Shown piece by piece: positions 1 through 9,600 of a stretch of 64,000 bases of DNA. Both the position numbers and the translations under genes were made by a program. Positions within the stretch are counted from its first letter, which is position 1. Each line of letters opens with the position of its first letter. The DNA comes from an uncultured virus (IMG/VR IMGVR_UViG_2875535316_000004) (taxonomy: Duplodnaviria; Heunggongvirae; Uroviricota; Caudoviricetes), in IMG/VR virus record IMGVR_UViG_2875535316_000004; one strand, given 5' to 3'. The notes beneath the pieces were generated by a model. It worked only from the letters and a program-made list of their open reading frames with translations, was not told the DNA's origin and did not search any database.

Positions 1-249
1 TCAGAAGCTGTCAGGTGGGCTCTTTTCGAACTTCCACTTGGTCATCTTTTTGGCAGCATGGAAGCTCTTGCAGTTGGCGATGAACTCATTGCGGTCCCAC
101 TCCTTGGAGAGGCTCGCCAGGATTTGCTCATAGGTTTCACCCGAGCAATTCGCTTCGTTGGGTTCAGGCACCCTGTCTTCGGCAATGGCTGTAACGCTCA
201 CGGCAACGCCACGCGCTGCAACCAGACGTGCAAAAGGCACACTGGGCAT
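1..249 (-). CDS. small exported protein, possibly TrbK/entry-exclusion-like
   Basis: 82-aa ORF with hydrophobic N-terminus, PEPNEANC...EFIANC...FEKSP pattern; outside the att repeat. Confidence 0.4.
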   Translation of the reverse strand: MPSVPFARLVAARGVAVSVTAIAEDRVPEPNEANCSGETYEQILASLSKEWDRNEFIANCKSFHAAKKMTKWKFEKSPPDSF

Positions 250-295
250 TCACTCACTCCTTTGAATGAACCCGCTTCAGAAGCCCGTTTTACAG

Positions 296-363
296 GCCCC
301 AAAAACGCAAAAAGCCCTGAATAATCAGGGCTTTGAATATGGCGGAAGCGTAGAGATTCGAAC
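296..363. repeat. att direct repeat, left copy
   Basis: GCCCCAAAAACGCAAAAAGCCCTGAATAATCAGGGCTTTGAATATGGCGGAAGCGTAGAGATTCGAAC matches 57630-57697 with 2 mismatches. Confidence 0.95.
311..334. terminator. hairpin downstream of the tRNA 3' fragment
   Basis: AAAGCCCTGA-ATAA-TCAGGGCTTT perfect inverted repeat with flanking A/T runs. Confidence 0.7.
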
Positions 364-400
364 TCTAGGATAGTTGCCCATCGACGGTTTTCAAGACCGT
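340..400 (-). pseudogene. 3' fragment of tRNA-Ser(UGA), anticodon arm to CCA
   Basis: Minus strand ACGGTCTTGAAAACCGT, long variable arm, GTTCGAATC T-loop, ends GCCA; 5' half absent. Confidence 0.85.
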
Positions 401-609
401 GGTATAAGCGCCCGATCCATGCAGCGTCAGCGGCGAAATCGATTCCAAAACAAAGACGAAACGGCACGGCTACAGGCCGCATACTGCAAGGGTCGTCCTT
501 TCAGTTTTGGAATCGAAAATTGAAATGATTTGCCTGTTGCGGGTCATGCCGATCCGGGGCACGCTCTGTAGTGGCATCGTGCCCAATTGCTTTACCAATG
601 GAGATGGAA

Positions 610-873
610 ATGGCAGTGATCACCCGGGGTGACTTGAAGTATCAATACCGTTGGAGCGCCGACAAAGGCGACAACCCCCAATACGTAGGAAAGCTGGACC
701 GAGACAAGGTCGATCGGGATGAGGGCTACGAGGTACTGTACTTCCTAAATTCCGTCTGCAAAGAAAAGGACCAGGCTCTTAAAGCCGAACGGCTCATCAA
801 AATGAAGCTTCCTGGCAGTGTCCAAGGCCGTGCTGAGATTCTGAAATGGCTCCAGGATAACTGGAACTCGTAA
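610..873 (+). CDS. hypothetical protein (87 aa)
   Basis: ORF with GGAG RBS before ATG 610. Confidence 0.6.
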   Translation: MAVITRGDLKYQYRWSADKGDNPQYVGKLDRDKVDRDEGYEVLYFLNSVCKEKDQALKAERLIKMKLPGSVQGRAEILKWLQDNWNS

Positions 874-1058
874 CCGTTGTCCGCGTCAGCTCGCGTAGCC
901 GACGCGGAATCTTCCAGTAATGCAGCAGTAGCGTGAGAATCGAACCTCAGGCCGCGCCGCTAGCGGCCTGCGAATCGCAACTGTCTAATACGGTTTGGCC
1001 AGTTTCAGCGACTTTCGCCCAGTAAAACCGAGAAGCTTTCGAGCAGTTTTAGACAGTC

Positions 1059-1364
1059 TCAGCACCCCCACCCCGGCGTTCTGCCTACGATGATCCGTCC
1101 TGGCTCGTCGCCATCCCATTTACCTGAAATCTCATAACTGAACAGGCCGATGTGATACGCCTCATCGACCTCCACCAAGGCCCAACCCTTTGCGGCCTCG
1201 GACAGCTCCAACATGTCGACCAGGTGCTCTGCACTGACCTCGCCCCTGCGATGGGCGGCATACGCCATCTCATCCAGCACCGCGGAGCGGCCTTCGGGAT
1301 CGGTGACCAAGGCAAAATGGTCATTCAGTTCATACAGCCAAGCCTGCGGTATCCCGGCCATCAT
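1059..1364 (-). CDS. hypothetical phage protein
   Basis: ATGA overlap with upstream ORF; acidic protein. Confidence 0.6.
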   Translation of the reverse strand: MMAGIPQAWLYELNDHFALVTDPEGRSAVLDEMAYAAHRRGEVSAEHLVDMLELSEAAKGWALVEVDEAYHIGLFSYEISGKWDGDEPGRIIVGRTPGWGC

Positions 1365-1654
1365 TCTGCCCTGCACCACCAGGACTGCGCATACAGCACG
1401 CCGTCGACCTCTTCCACCCCGTTTATGTTGATGCCTAGCTGGGCCATCCCATTGACCTTCGCGTCATGCAGCCGGGGGATCACATCAGGCCCTGGCGTGG
1501 GGTTAAACACCCAGGCCTGTGTCGATACCCGGCCCAACGGCTCACTGTGGTGGTCACCGATGTGCACATCTGCGCGGAGGGGCTGAATTTTGCGGAGATG
1601 ATCAGAGGGTATGGCTGCACCATGCTCGCGGCGTCGAACGAGAAGGAAATACAT
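1361..1654 (-). CDS. hypothetical phage protein, putatively LexA-regulated
   Basis: 97-aa ORF directly downstream of a consensus SOS box. Confidence 0.65.
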   Translation of the reverse strand: MYFLLVRRREHGAAIPSDHLRKIQPLRADVHIGDHHSEPLGRVSTQAWVFNPTPGPDVIPRLHDAKVNGMAQLGININGVEEVDGVLYAQSWWCRAE

Positions 1655-1667
1655 AGGGGCACCGATA

Positions 1668-1683
1668 CTGTATAAAAAAACAG
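1668..1683. promoter_or_regulatory. LexA (SOS) box
   Basis: CTGTATAAAAAAACAG fits CTGT-N8-ACAG. Confidence 0.8.
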
Positions 1684-1728
1684 TATCGTATAGGCGGACC
1701 TGATCGTGGGCAATTGCCGATCAGCGGA

Positions 1729-1953
1729 TCAGTGAAGAGGCGGCAGCTCCTTGCCTCGAGCCTTGGCAACAGCGCGAAGCTGGTAGTCGGAGACCGCTTG
1801 GAAAAGCGACTCGGCTAGCAAGCGCAGGCGCTCGATTTCCTCCGTAGGCGCGCCATTATCCTGCGCTTGGTGATAAAGGCGCATGGCGTCGATCGCCTGC
1901 TGAATCAGCGGCTCGCCGGCCTCAACCATCCCGATGAAAGTCCGCTCATCCAT
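1729..1953 (-). CDS. hypothetical protein (74 aa)
   Basis: Helical ORF, MDERTF start. Confidence 0.55.
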   Translation of the reverse strand: MDERTFIGMVEAGEPLIQQAIDAMRLYHQAQDNGAPTEEIERLRLLAESLFQAVSDYQLRAVAKARGKELPPLH

Positions 1954-2089
1954 TCCTAAGCTCCTAGCAGGATATTGCAGGGTTTGGTAAGTAGCCCACG
2001 TTGAAGCCCCATTCAAATGTGAAACCTCCAGAGCTAAGATTAGGCTGCTTCAAAGAAAAAACCAGCAAGCAGCCTATTGCGTGATCACT

Positions 2090-3163
2090 CTAGCGCTGCA
2101 CTTCAATAGCTGTGCCGGCCTTAAGGGATGAGCGTGAAATTTTTTTTGCAAGCTTCAGCAGATATTTCTCCACAAGAAGGTAGCATACAATTCCACCTAG
2201 CAACCCAGCAGTCACGGCGCCTACCGCGTACCACACTGCCATCACTAGGCTGGATATCTGCCCAAAAGCCGTTACAAATAACACATACCAGATTCGTTGA
2301 GAAATTGGATGCGACAAATACAGTGAATAAGATGCCTCACCAAATAACAGAGCGACTCTATTAGCATTTGACCGAATGTACTTCTCAATCGAAATGAATC
2401 CTGCGACTAAGAAAAATGCCGGGACGCCATATACTAAAGACCGAGTGAATATAGTGAAATCAGCCAATACCAGCGCCACACTGCTGGCGCCAACCATTAT
2501 GCTTGTCGGCAACAACCCGATACTCACCCAGCGCTGCCTGGTGACCCCTAGCAAGACGCCAAGCAGAAATTCAATGATGATCGGGCTTGTGTAGGTTTTG
2601 CCCAGTGGACCTTCTGGAGCCAAAGCAGACCCAACAATAGCAAGCGTAACTATAACTGCAGCTATGAACATAAGCCTCAGTCTTAGGTTTTGCAATGCCA
2701 AGGAGAGACCGAATATCGCGTAAAAGAACATCTCATATGTGAGGGTCCACCCAATGGTGTATACAGGCGTGATATCACCAACATCTGGGTTTTGGGCGGG
2801 AATAAAAAACAGCGACTTAAGAAGGAATACTGGATCGAGTCCGCGGGAGTTGAAAAACAAGCTTGGCATTAATAACGCAGCAGCGACAAGCACAAAGGTG
2901 AACAACCAGTATAAAGGCGCCACTCTCAATATCCGTGAGGCCCAGAACTCTCTTATACTTTTATTCTTACCCTCTGTGGTGACCCACATTACGAACCCGG
3001 ATATTACAAAGAATATATCTACACCAAAATCACCCACCGGATTATCGAAGTATGGCGCTACAGCAATCATCACCATGGAGTGGTAGATGATAACTAGGCC
3101 AGCTGCGATGCCTCTCAAGTATTGTATTCCGTAGAATTTTTCCACGCGTACAGTCCATTGCAA
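2090..3163 (-). CDS. acyltransferase-3 (OafA-like) membrane O-acyltransferase, moron
   Basis: LRGIAA..H, GVDIFFVISGF, RILRVAPLY, WTLTYEMFFY, GEASYSLYLSH motifs; multiple TM segments; AT-rich; true start may be GTG near 3145. Confidence 0.9.
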   Translation of the reverse strand: MQWTVRVEKFYGIQYLRGIAAGLVIIYHSMVMIAVAPYFDNPVGDFGVDIFFVISGFVMWVTTEGKNKSIREFWASRILRVAPLYWLFTFVLVAAALLMPSLFFNSRGLDPVFLLKSLFFIPAQNPDVGDITPVYTIGWTLTYEMFFYAIFGLSLALQNLRLRLMFIAAVIVTLAIVGSALAPEGPLGKTYTSPIIIEFLLGVLLGVTRQRWVSIGLLPTSIMVGASSVALVLADFTIFTRSLVYGVPAFFLVAGFISIEKYIRSNANRVALLFGEASYSLYLSHPISQRIWYVLFVTAFGQISSLVMAVWYAVGAVTAGLLGGIVCYLLVEKYLLKLAKKISRSSLKAGTAIEVQR

Positions 3164-3183
3164 ATTTGTGAGATTAATTCGCC

Positions 3184-3212
3184 ATTATCGCTAGGTACGT
3201 GGCATTTCTCAA
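3184..3212 (-). promoter_or_regulatory. sigma70 promoter of the acyltransferase moron
   Basis: TTGAGA-N17-GATAAT on minus strand. Confidence 0.6.
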
Positions 3213-3240
3213 TGTCTTGAGAGGCTGAAGTCTGAGATGG

Positions 3241-3738
3241 CTATCTTCGCGCGAGTGCGTCATAGGACGCTTCGCACTGATGACCGGCTATTCGTGCCCG
3301 GTCAAAAGCCCGCGCCAACTCTCCCGCTCGTTCATCAGCCCGTGAGAGCAGCTCGGAGAGCACCATGGCGGCGCGGATGGCTGCCTGGCCTCGGGCGATA
3401 GCGGCGGTATCCGTGCCGGAGCAACTGACGGCGGAAGCGAGCTTTCCGGCTTCGTGGCGCAACCGCTGGCCAGCAGCATCGGCGCCAGCAGCGCCAGCAT
3501 CAGCAACCTTTCTTTCTTCATAGCCTTTTACCCTCGCCTCTTGTTGCGCATCTGTGCTGCGGTGTTCTTCCAGACGCGCCGCACGCTCGCCAATCACTTC
3601 GGCGAGTCGGTCGCCGCTATCCCGTTTCGCTGATTTCTGGCCAGCCTGGGCAAGTTCAACCGATCGACCGTGTTCGTACGCCGCCCAGTGGGTCACCAGC
3701 AACAGCGCCAACACTCCAGACAGCACCCAGCCGTTCAC
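3241..3738 (-). CDS. i-spanin (Rz-like, DUF2514-type)
   Basis: N-terminal TM plus coiled coil, follows endolysin. Confidence 0.8.
   Translation of the reverse strand: MNGWVLSGVLALLLVTHWAAYEHGRSVELAQAGQKSAKRDSGDRLAEVIGERAARLEEHRSTDAQQEARVKGYEERKVADAGAAGADAAGQRLRHEAGKLASAVSCSGTDTAAIARGQAAIRAAMVLSELLSRADERAGELARAFDRARIAGHQCEASYDALARR
3288..3521 (-). CDS. o-spanin (Rz1-like lipoprotein) nested in Rz
   Basis: Lipobox LASGC followed by Pro-rich body, in alternate frame inside Rz. Confidence 0.75.
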   Translation of the reverse strand: MKKERLLMLALLAPMLLASGCATKPESSLPPSVAPARIPPLSPEARQPSAPPWCSPSCSHGLMNERESWRGLLTGHE

Positions 3739-4166
3739 GCTGCCCCCAGGAACAGATCTCGCTCAGCGGCCCGCCGGCGGACCAGGCCGGCCAGCACCTG
3801 CCCGCCAGCCTTGTTCCAGCGCGGGAACTGCTCTGCAGCAGATGCGTAGTTGCCAGCATTCAGCAACCGGCGGAGCGTGGACGATTCGAGATTCGCAGCA
3901 CCCAGGTTGTAGGTGAAGCTCATCAGGGCGTCCCACTGGTTTTGGCTCAGCGGAACAGTGATCAAGCGCTGCACTTCTGGCTCGAACCGCTGTACGTCGT
4001 TCAGCAGCATGCGCTCGGCCTGCTCCTTGCTGATCTTCATGCCGGCCTTCACGCCGCGGGTAGCACCGTAGCCAATGGTCCAGACGCCGACTGAATCCTG
4101 ATAGGCCTGCAGGCGCAGTCCCTCGAACGACTTGATGAGGCTCAAGCCGCGTTGCGATGTTCGCAT
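3735..4166 (-). CDS. endolysin, GH24 phage lysozyme
   Basis: FEGLRLQAYQDSVGVWTIGYG catalytic E/D/T motif; GLVRRRAAE C-terminus. Confidence 0.92.
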   Translation of the reverse strand: MRTSQRGLSLIKSFEGLRLQAYQDSVGVWTIGYGATRGVKAGMKISKEQAERMLLNDVQRFEPEVQRLITVPLSQNQWDALMSFTYNLGAANLESSTLRRLLNAGNYASAAEQFPRWNKAGGQVLAGLVRRRAAERDLFLGAA

Positions 4167-4182
4167 TTGGGTTTTCTCCAGA

Positions 4183-6060
4183 ATCGAGTAGGGTGAGGGA
4201 TTTTTTTTCCCTCAGCCCTCTCACACCACCGTACGTGCGGTTCCGCATACGGCGGTTCAACTAATACGCTGGAGTCCCTGCACAGTGCTGCGCAGCGAGA
4301 CCAGCCCCATTTTGGCGAAGTACAACGTCGGTACTGCCTGATTCATGTGTTTGGATGCCGAGTTCCACCAAGGCCCTCGCCCGTTTACACTCGACTTCCA
4401 CGCCCGCTCAGGCCTAAGCCCAAGCAAGATGAGTCGTCGTTCGCGGGTCTTCGGGGTTTTCCACTGTCGCCAGAGCAGGCAACGTAGTTTTCGACGCAGC
4501 CACCAATCGAGTTCCTCCAGCATCCGCATGTTCGCGGTAAGCCGAAAGTAGTTTGCCCAACCCCGCAACACGGGATTTAGCATCTCTATAGTGTGAGACA
4601 AGGACCGTCCTCGCCCCTTGCGCAGCAACTCACGAACTCGATCCATCAGTCTTCGCAGGCTTTCGGGGGCAGGTCGCACCCGTGTCTCTTGGCGATAGAT
4701 CGTAATCGCGTAGCCCAGAAACTTTCGCTTCCAAGGCCGTGCTACTGCGCTTTTCTGCTCGTTGATACGTAGCTTCAGATGACCCTCCAGGAAGGCTCTG
4801 ATGTTCGCCATCGCCCGTTGCCCTGCGCCTTCACTGCCGATGTAGATATTGCAGTCGTCAGCATATCGGCAGAACTTCAACTGCCGCCTTTCCAGCTCTC
4901 GATCAAGATCGGTCAGCAGGATATTCGACAGTAATGGGGACAGCGGCCCACCCTGAGGCGTACCCTCGCTGCGGGGTTGAATCACGCCATTAGCCATCAT
5001 CCCCGCCTCTAAGAAGCGCCGGATCAGCTTGAGTACGCGACCATCCCTCACTCGATAGGCGAGTCGAGCCATCAACACGTCGTGGTTGACCCGGTCGAAG
5101 AATTTCTCCAGGTCGATGTCCACTACCCAGTGCTTTCCTTCGGCCACATACTCTTTCGCCTTGACGACCGCATCGAGCGCACTTCTCTGCGGACGAAAGC
5201 CGTAGCTGCCATCGGAGAAGGTTGGCTCGAAGATCGGTTGCAGTACTTGATGGAGCGCCTGCTGGATAAGCCGATCCACCACCGTGGGTACGCCGAGTGT
5301 TCTAACCCCGCCATTAGGCTTGGGAATGTCCACTCGGCGCACCGCCCGTGGCAGGTACCGATCCTCCAGCAGTGCCGCCTTCACACTTGGCCAGTGCACC
5401 AACAGCCAGTCCTTCAGTTCCTCAACCGTCAAGCGATCAACGCCTGGCGCGCCTCGGTTCTTCAGGACGCGCTTGTACGCTCGTCGCATGTTGCTGGGTT
5501 CGACCACCTGCTCCATGAGCCGGTAGTCCTCCGATTTCGTTCGCCCAGCCGTCGCCGCAACCCCCTCAGCACCTTGCGGGCTTCTTTCCGGATTCCGTCC
5601 GGCCATGGCAGGCAGGCCTCCCGTGTCGGGAGCTTCTGCGTCATCGTGGGTTGTCGAGATCAGCTGTTCTACTCTCGGTATTAATCGTTCAGGCCTTCAG
5701 TCTCGCGACCTACTATGCCCTCTGCTGACTTCTGCACAGTCATTCCAGCACCTCGCGGTGCCGGTAGCCCTGACGGGCAACCGTGCAGATCTCCCCGGGT
5801 ATTGCGCACCCACTTTCACGCTTATGCCTGTCGGATCTACGTCATGGCGTTCTGTGCAAGTATTGGGTTTCGCAGATTTCGGACTGCTTACCCCGCCATG
5901 CCGCCTCGTATCCGCTTCCTGTTCGTCAGGCCAGCGATTTGCCTCGGGCTTCCTTCAGACTCGCAGTCGCCCGCGAAACCCTTGCCTCTAGCTAGCACTT
6001 CCCCTTGCCGGGTGTGCGGGGGACTTCCACCCCTGAGTGAGCGCGCCCTGCCGGGCGCAC
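4183..6060 (-). mobile_element. group II intron, class IIC
   Basis: 5' end GTGCGCCCGG at 6060; short domain V GAACCGCCGTATGCGGAACCGCACGTACGGTGGTG, domain VI, 3' end ACTCGAT at 4183; inserted right after a terminator hairpin. Confidence 0.92.
4257..5606 (-). CDS. ltrA: group II intron reverse transcriptase/maturase, no endonuclease domain
   Basis: APGVD, IPKPNGGVRTLGVP, GTPQGGPLSPLL, YADD, maturase region GWANYF; exact start uncertain. Confidence 0.93.
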   Translation of the reverse strand: MAGRNPERSPQGAEGVAATAGRTKSEDYRLMEQVVEPSNMRRAYKRVLKNRGAPGVDRLTVEELKDWLLVHWPSVKAALLEDRYLPRAVRRVDIPKPNGGVRTLGVPTVVDRLIQQALHQVLQPIFEPTFSDGSYGFRPQRSALDAVVKAKEYVAEGKHWVVDIDLEKFFDRVNHDVLMARLAYRVRDGRVLKLIRRFLEAGMMANGVIQPRSEGTPQGGPLSPLLSNILLTDLDRELERRQLKFCRYADDCNIYIGSEGAGQRAMANIRAFLEGHLKLRINEQKSAVARPWKRKFLGYAITIYRQETRVRPAPESLRRLMDRVRELLRKGRGRSLSHTIEMLNPVLRGWANYFRLTANMRMLEELDWWLRRKLRCLLWRQWKTPKTRERRLILLGLRPERAWKSSVNGRGPWWNSASKHMNQAVPTLYFAKMGLVSLRSTVQGLQRIS

Positions 6061-6061
6061 C

Positions 6062-6087
6062 AAAAAGAAGCCCGCTCGATGGCGGGC
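6062..6087 (-). terminator. intrinsic terminator, target of the IIC intron
   Basis: GCCCGCCATCGAGCGGGC-TTCTTTTT immediately 5' of the intron. Confidence 0.8.
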
Positions 6088-6107
6088 ATTGGGTAGTTGG
6101 CTTGGGT

Positions 6108-6278
6108 TCAAGCCTTGGGGTATTGCTGCTTGATCTGCTGCAGGGTCGAGAAAAACGGCTCTGCCTTGGGCATATGCCCTTGATTCATGGCATGCCACAG
6201 CATGTCCAGTTGTTCCTCCACCGGCGGATACTCGGCCGCACGACGCTTGGAGTGGTCGCACTTATGCTGAATTTTCAA
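6108..6278 (-). CDS. small tail-associated protein (56 aa)
   Basis: AGGAG RBS, TTG start; RAAEYPPVEEQLDMLWH. Confidence 0.6.
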   Translation of the reverse strand: MKIQHKCDHSKRRAAEYPPVEEQLDMLWHAMNQGHMPKAEPFFSTLQQIKQQYPKA

Positions 6279-6642
6279 AGGTGAACTCCTGATCGCGGTA
6301 GGGCCAAAGGCTGACCGTGACGTGGTAGGTGCCCGGCGCCGAGAATTCCAGCTCGATGTCACTGCCGTCAGCGGTGTAGGTTTCGCTCTCGATGTTGACG
6401 GTGGCACCTTCGTGGACCCCCTTCAACCAGTGCCCTTGGAGAACCGCCCCCATCTGGGGGCGCTCCTTGAGCATCTGGCCAATGACGAAGTGTTCGGCCG
6501 GCCGTGCCGGTGTGGCCACCTGGATGAAAGGCCGGTCGGTGTTGAGCCTGATGATCTTCTTCCCGTGTTCTGGCGGGCAGCTGACGACAAACACGATCCG
6601 GCCGTCAGTCTCATGGGCGGCAAAGTGCCCAATTTTGCTCAT
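6262..6642 (-). CDS. tail-associated hypothetical protein
   Basis: Translationally coupled downstream of the tail fibre gene. Confidence 0.65.
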   Translation of the reverse strand: MSKIGHFAAHETDGRIVFVVSCPPEHGKKIIRLNTDRPFIQVATPARPAEHFVIGQMLKERPQMGAVLQGHWLKGVHEGATVNIESETYTADGSDIELEFSAPGTYHVTVSLWPYRDQEFTFENSA

Positions 6643-9600
6643 CGTTTGGTTCCCATTGCATAGAGGGTGTGGTTTTTAACGCCAACACCCGAGTTCTCCC
6701 CCCACCACTTCACTGTGATAACGAAGTAACCAGGCGCTACGCCGATTGATCCCATCAGGTTGGGGAAGCTATCCGCCCAGTCGCCACCACCTTCCGCGAT
6801 CACCAGGCCGTTGATATCCATCTGGAACTGGTACTTACGGATACCACTGCCAAACCCTTGGTAGCAGCTGTACTGGGCCGTGATGAAACCGCCCTCGTCC
6901 ATTTGCACACCGACGGCGATCAGGTTTTGCCATTGCCCTACACCGGCCCCAAGCAAGTTTGCGGGGTTGCTCGCCGATACCGGGACCGTGACGGCGTTGC
7001 CACGGATACGCAGCGTGTCGATTTCGGCCACGCCGATCTTGGCGGCCGTTATGGCACCGTTCGCGATCTTGGCGTTACTGATCGCCCCGTCTGCGATCTT
7101 CGCGTTACTGATACTCGCAGCCCGAATGTACGCGTCATCGACAAAGGTCTGACCGCCTACGATGGAGAATGGCGACGAAAGCCCGCTACTCGAATTCAGC
7201 AAGACAAACTTGTCCGCATTGATCACAAACGCAGACTGGACAATGCCGTTCTGCGAGTTGATGCCAATACCGAATCCGGCGAAGACGTGCGCGCCATATT
7301 GGTTGTTGACCTGCACCCGCAGGGTGTATTGGGCATTCAGCATCGTTTTCATGTCGGCCTGGGCGGTCGCCACCTGCTGCACCGACGCATTGGTCGTGCC
7401 CAGCGATGCTTGGGTGTTCTGGATCTGCTTGCTTAGCGCGCCCTCTCCATCGGCCCGGGCCTTGGCTTCATTCTGAATCGCCGCGTTGGCATCGCCTACG
7501 GCGGTGTACAACCCATCGATCCGCTGCCCCTCGGCGGTGAGCTTGCCGCCCTGCTCGGTAACGTTGCTCTCCAAGCTAGCCACCGCCTGCGCCGAAGCAG
7601 CCGCCGAGCGACGGCCAACCGCGATGTAGGCAATGTCGATTTCGCCCGACGAGTCCACCGAGTTCATCATGTCCAGGCGAATGGCGATGATGTTTTTCCC
7701 GTTCCACCCGGCGTGGCCAGACAGATCAAACTCAATATCTTGCCAATCGTTGGTGGTCAGACTGATGGTCCACGCCATGCGGCGGGCCTCGGCCAGGCCA
7801 CCGTCCTCGTTTGCCCAATACATCTGGGCGCCCGCGCGGGTGGTGTTGCGTCGACGCAGCCGGATACGCAGGTAAGGGTTCTCAGCGCCGGCAATCGCCG
7901 GGGTGAAGTTGCACTGCAGGTTCGTCCACTTGCTTATCGTGGCGAACAGCGGGCCAGCGGTGAAGGTCGAACCGGCGGTGGTGCTTGCCCATCCCAAGGT
8001 AGAACCGATGAACTCCCAGGACTTGCCTGCCACGAAGGGCTGGGCCGTGCCGATGCTGTTTTTCAGCTGGGTGATATCGCTGCTGTTGCTGCTGAGCGTA
8101 CCTTCGGCGCTGTTCACCCGGTTGGTCAGCGAGTTCACGGCCGATGCCTCGGCCTTGGTGGCGACCTGACTGAGCGCACTGGCGGCTGCGGCGGCCGCGT
8201 CCGTGGCTACCTTGTCGCTCACCGCCACCCAGGCGCTGCCGTTCCAGCGCTTGGGCGTGTTAGCGTTGCCGGTGGTATCGATCCACAAGTTTTGCGTCAG
8301 GCGCTTGTCAGCGGCCGGCGCGGTGCTGCCATAGATCACCTCCCCCTTGGCGCCCGCCGCTGTCGCGGCCGCCTGCGCGGCCTGCTGGGCCGTGGTCACG
8401 TTGCCATTGGTGGTGGCAAGGCTGTTCTCCAGGCTTGTGGTCCTCCCGGCCACACTGCTCAGGTTGCTGCCTTGCTGGTTCACCGTCGAGGTCAGATTAT
8501 CGACGGCGGCCGAGGTGGCCGCGTTGTCCGCCGCGTTCACCTGGCCACTGTCCCGCCAGCCAGATGCACGAGAACCGTACTCGACCTGCGGTCGGGCCAG
8601 CTCAACCGTACCGTTGGTTGCGGTCGAGGTCGCCCCATGCACCCGGTAATACACAACGGCGGCAACTGCATCGGCGGGTGCGGCCGCAGTCAGGGTGTGG
8701 CGACTACCGTCAACGCTGACTGGGTTGAGCGTCGAGAACGGGGCTGAAATCACCCCTCCCGAAGCATTCAACCACTGGATGTACAGACGCAGGGAAAGCA
8801 GGCCAGAGGTGGCTGCGCGCCGGGCGTAAATCGACGACGTAACGGACTGTGAACCACCGACCTTTACCCTTCGCGTCGTAGCAGGGATAAGCGACAGGTA
8901 CGGCGAGCCACTGGTAACCCCCGTCAGGGCCGACCTGAAAGCGCGCTCTCCAGCATTCAGCCAGGACTCGACCATGCTGGAATTGTTCTGCGCTGCACCA
9001 TCTCTGGTCCAACCGTCAGGCACATTCGGATCGACAGCGTTGACCTTGGTGAAAGCCGGGTTGTAGAGCAGGTTTTCCCCGCCTGCATCACCAATAGAAG
9101 CATCTATTGCCGTGAGCGCCTGGCCTTTGGCGATCAGGTCCTGACCCTGCTGGGTTACCGTGTTGGTCAGGCTCTGAACGGTCGAGGCATCGGCTTTCTT
9201 GGCCACTTCCGTCAAGGCCGACTGCGCTGCTGCAGCCGCATCGGTGGCCACCTTGTCGGTCACAGCCACCCAGGCGCTGCCGCTCCAGCGCTTGGGCGTG
9301 TTGGCGTTGCCGGTGGTGTCGATCCACAGGTTCTGTGCCAGCCGCTTGTCAGCCGCCGGCGCGGTCGCCCCGTAGATCACTTCACCTTTGGCGCCGGCTG
9401 CCGTGGCGGCCGCCTGCGCGGCCTGCTGGGCAGCGGTGACGTTCTGGTTGGTCGTGGCAAGACTGCCCTGCAGGCCCGTAATCGACTGGCCCTGCGTGGT
9501 CAGCTTGCCTTCGTTATCGCTGACCTTGCTGCTCAGGGTCTGCACCACCGAGGCATCGGCTTTGCTTTGGGCAACCGTCAAGGCATTGGCCGCAGCGGCC

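Noticed and set aside
340..430. Intact tRNA-Ser
   Set aside because: 5' acceptor strand and D arm are absent
4257..6060. Retron or defence RT
   Set aside because: No VTG motif; the flanking RNA has group II intron termini
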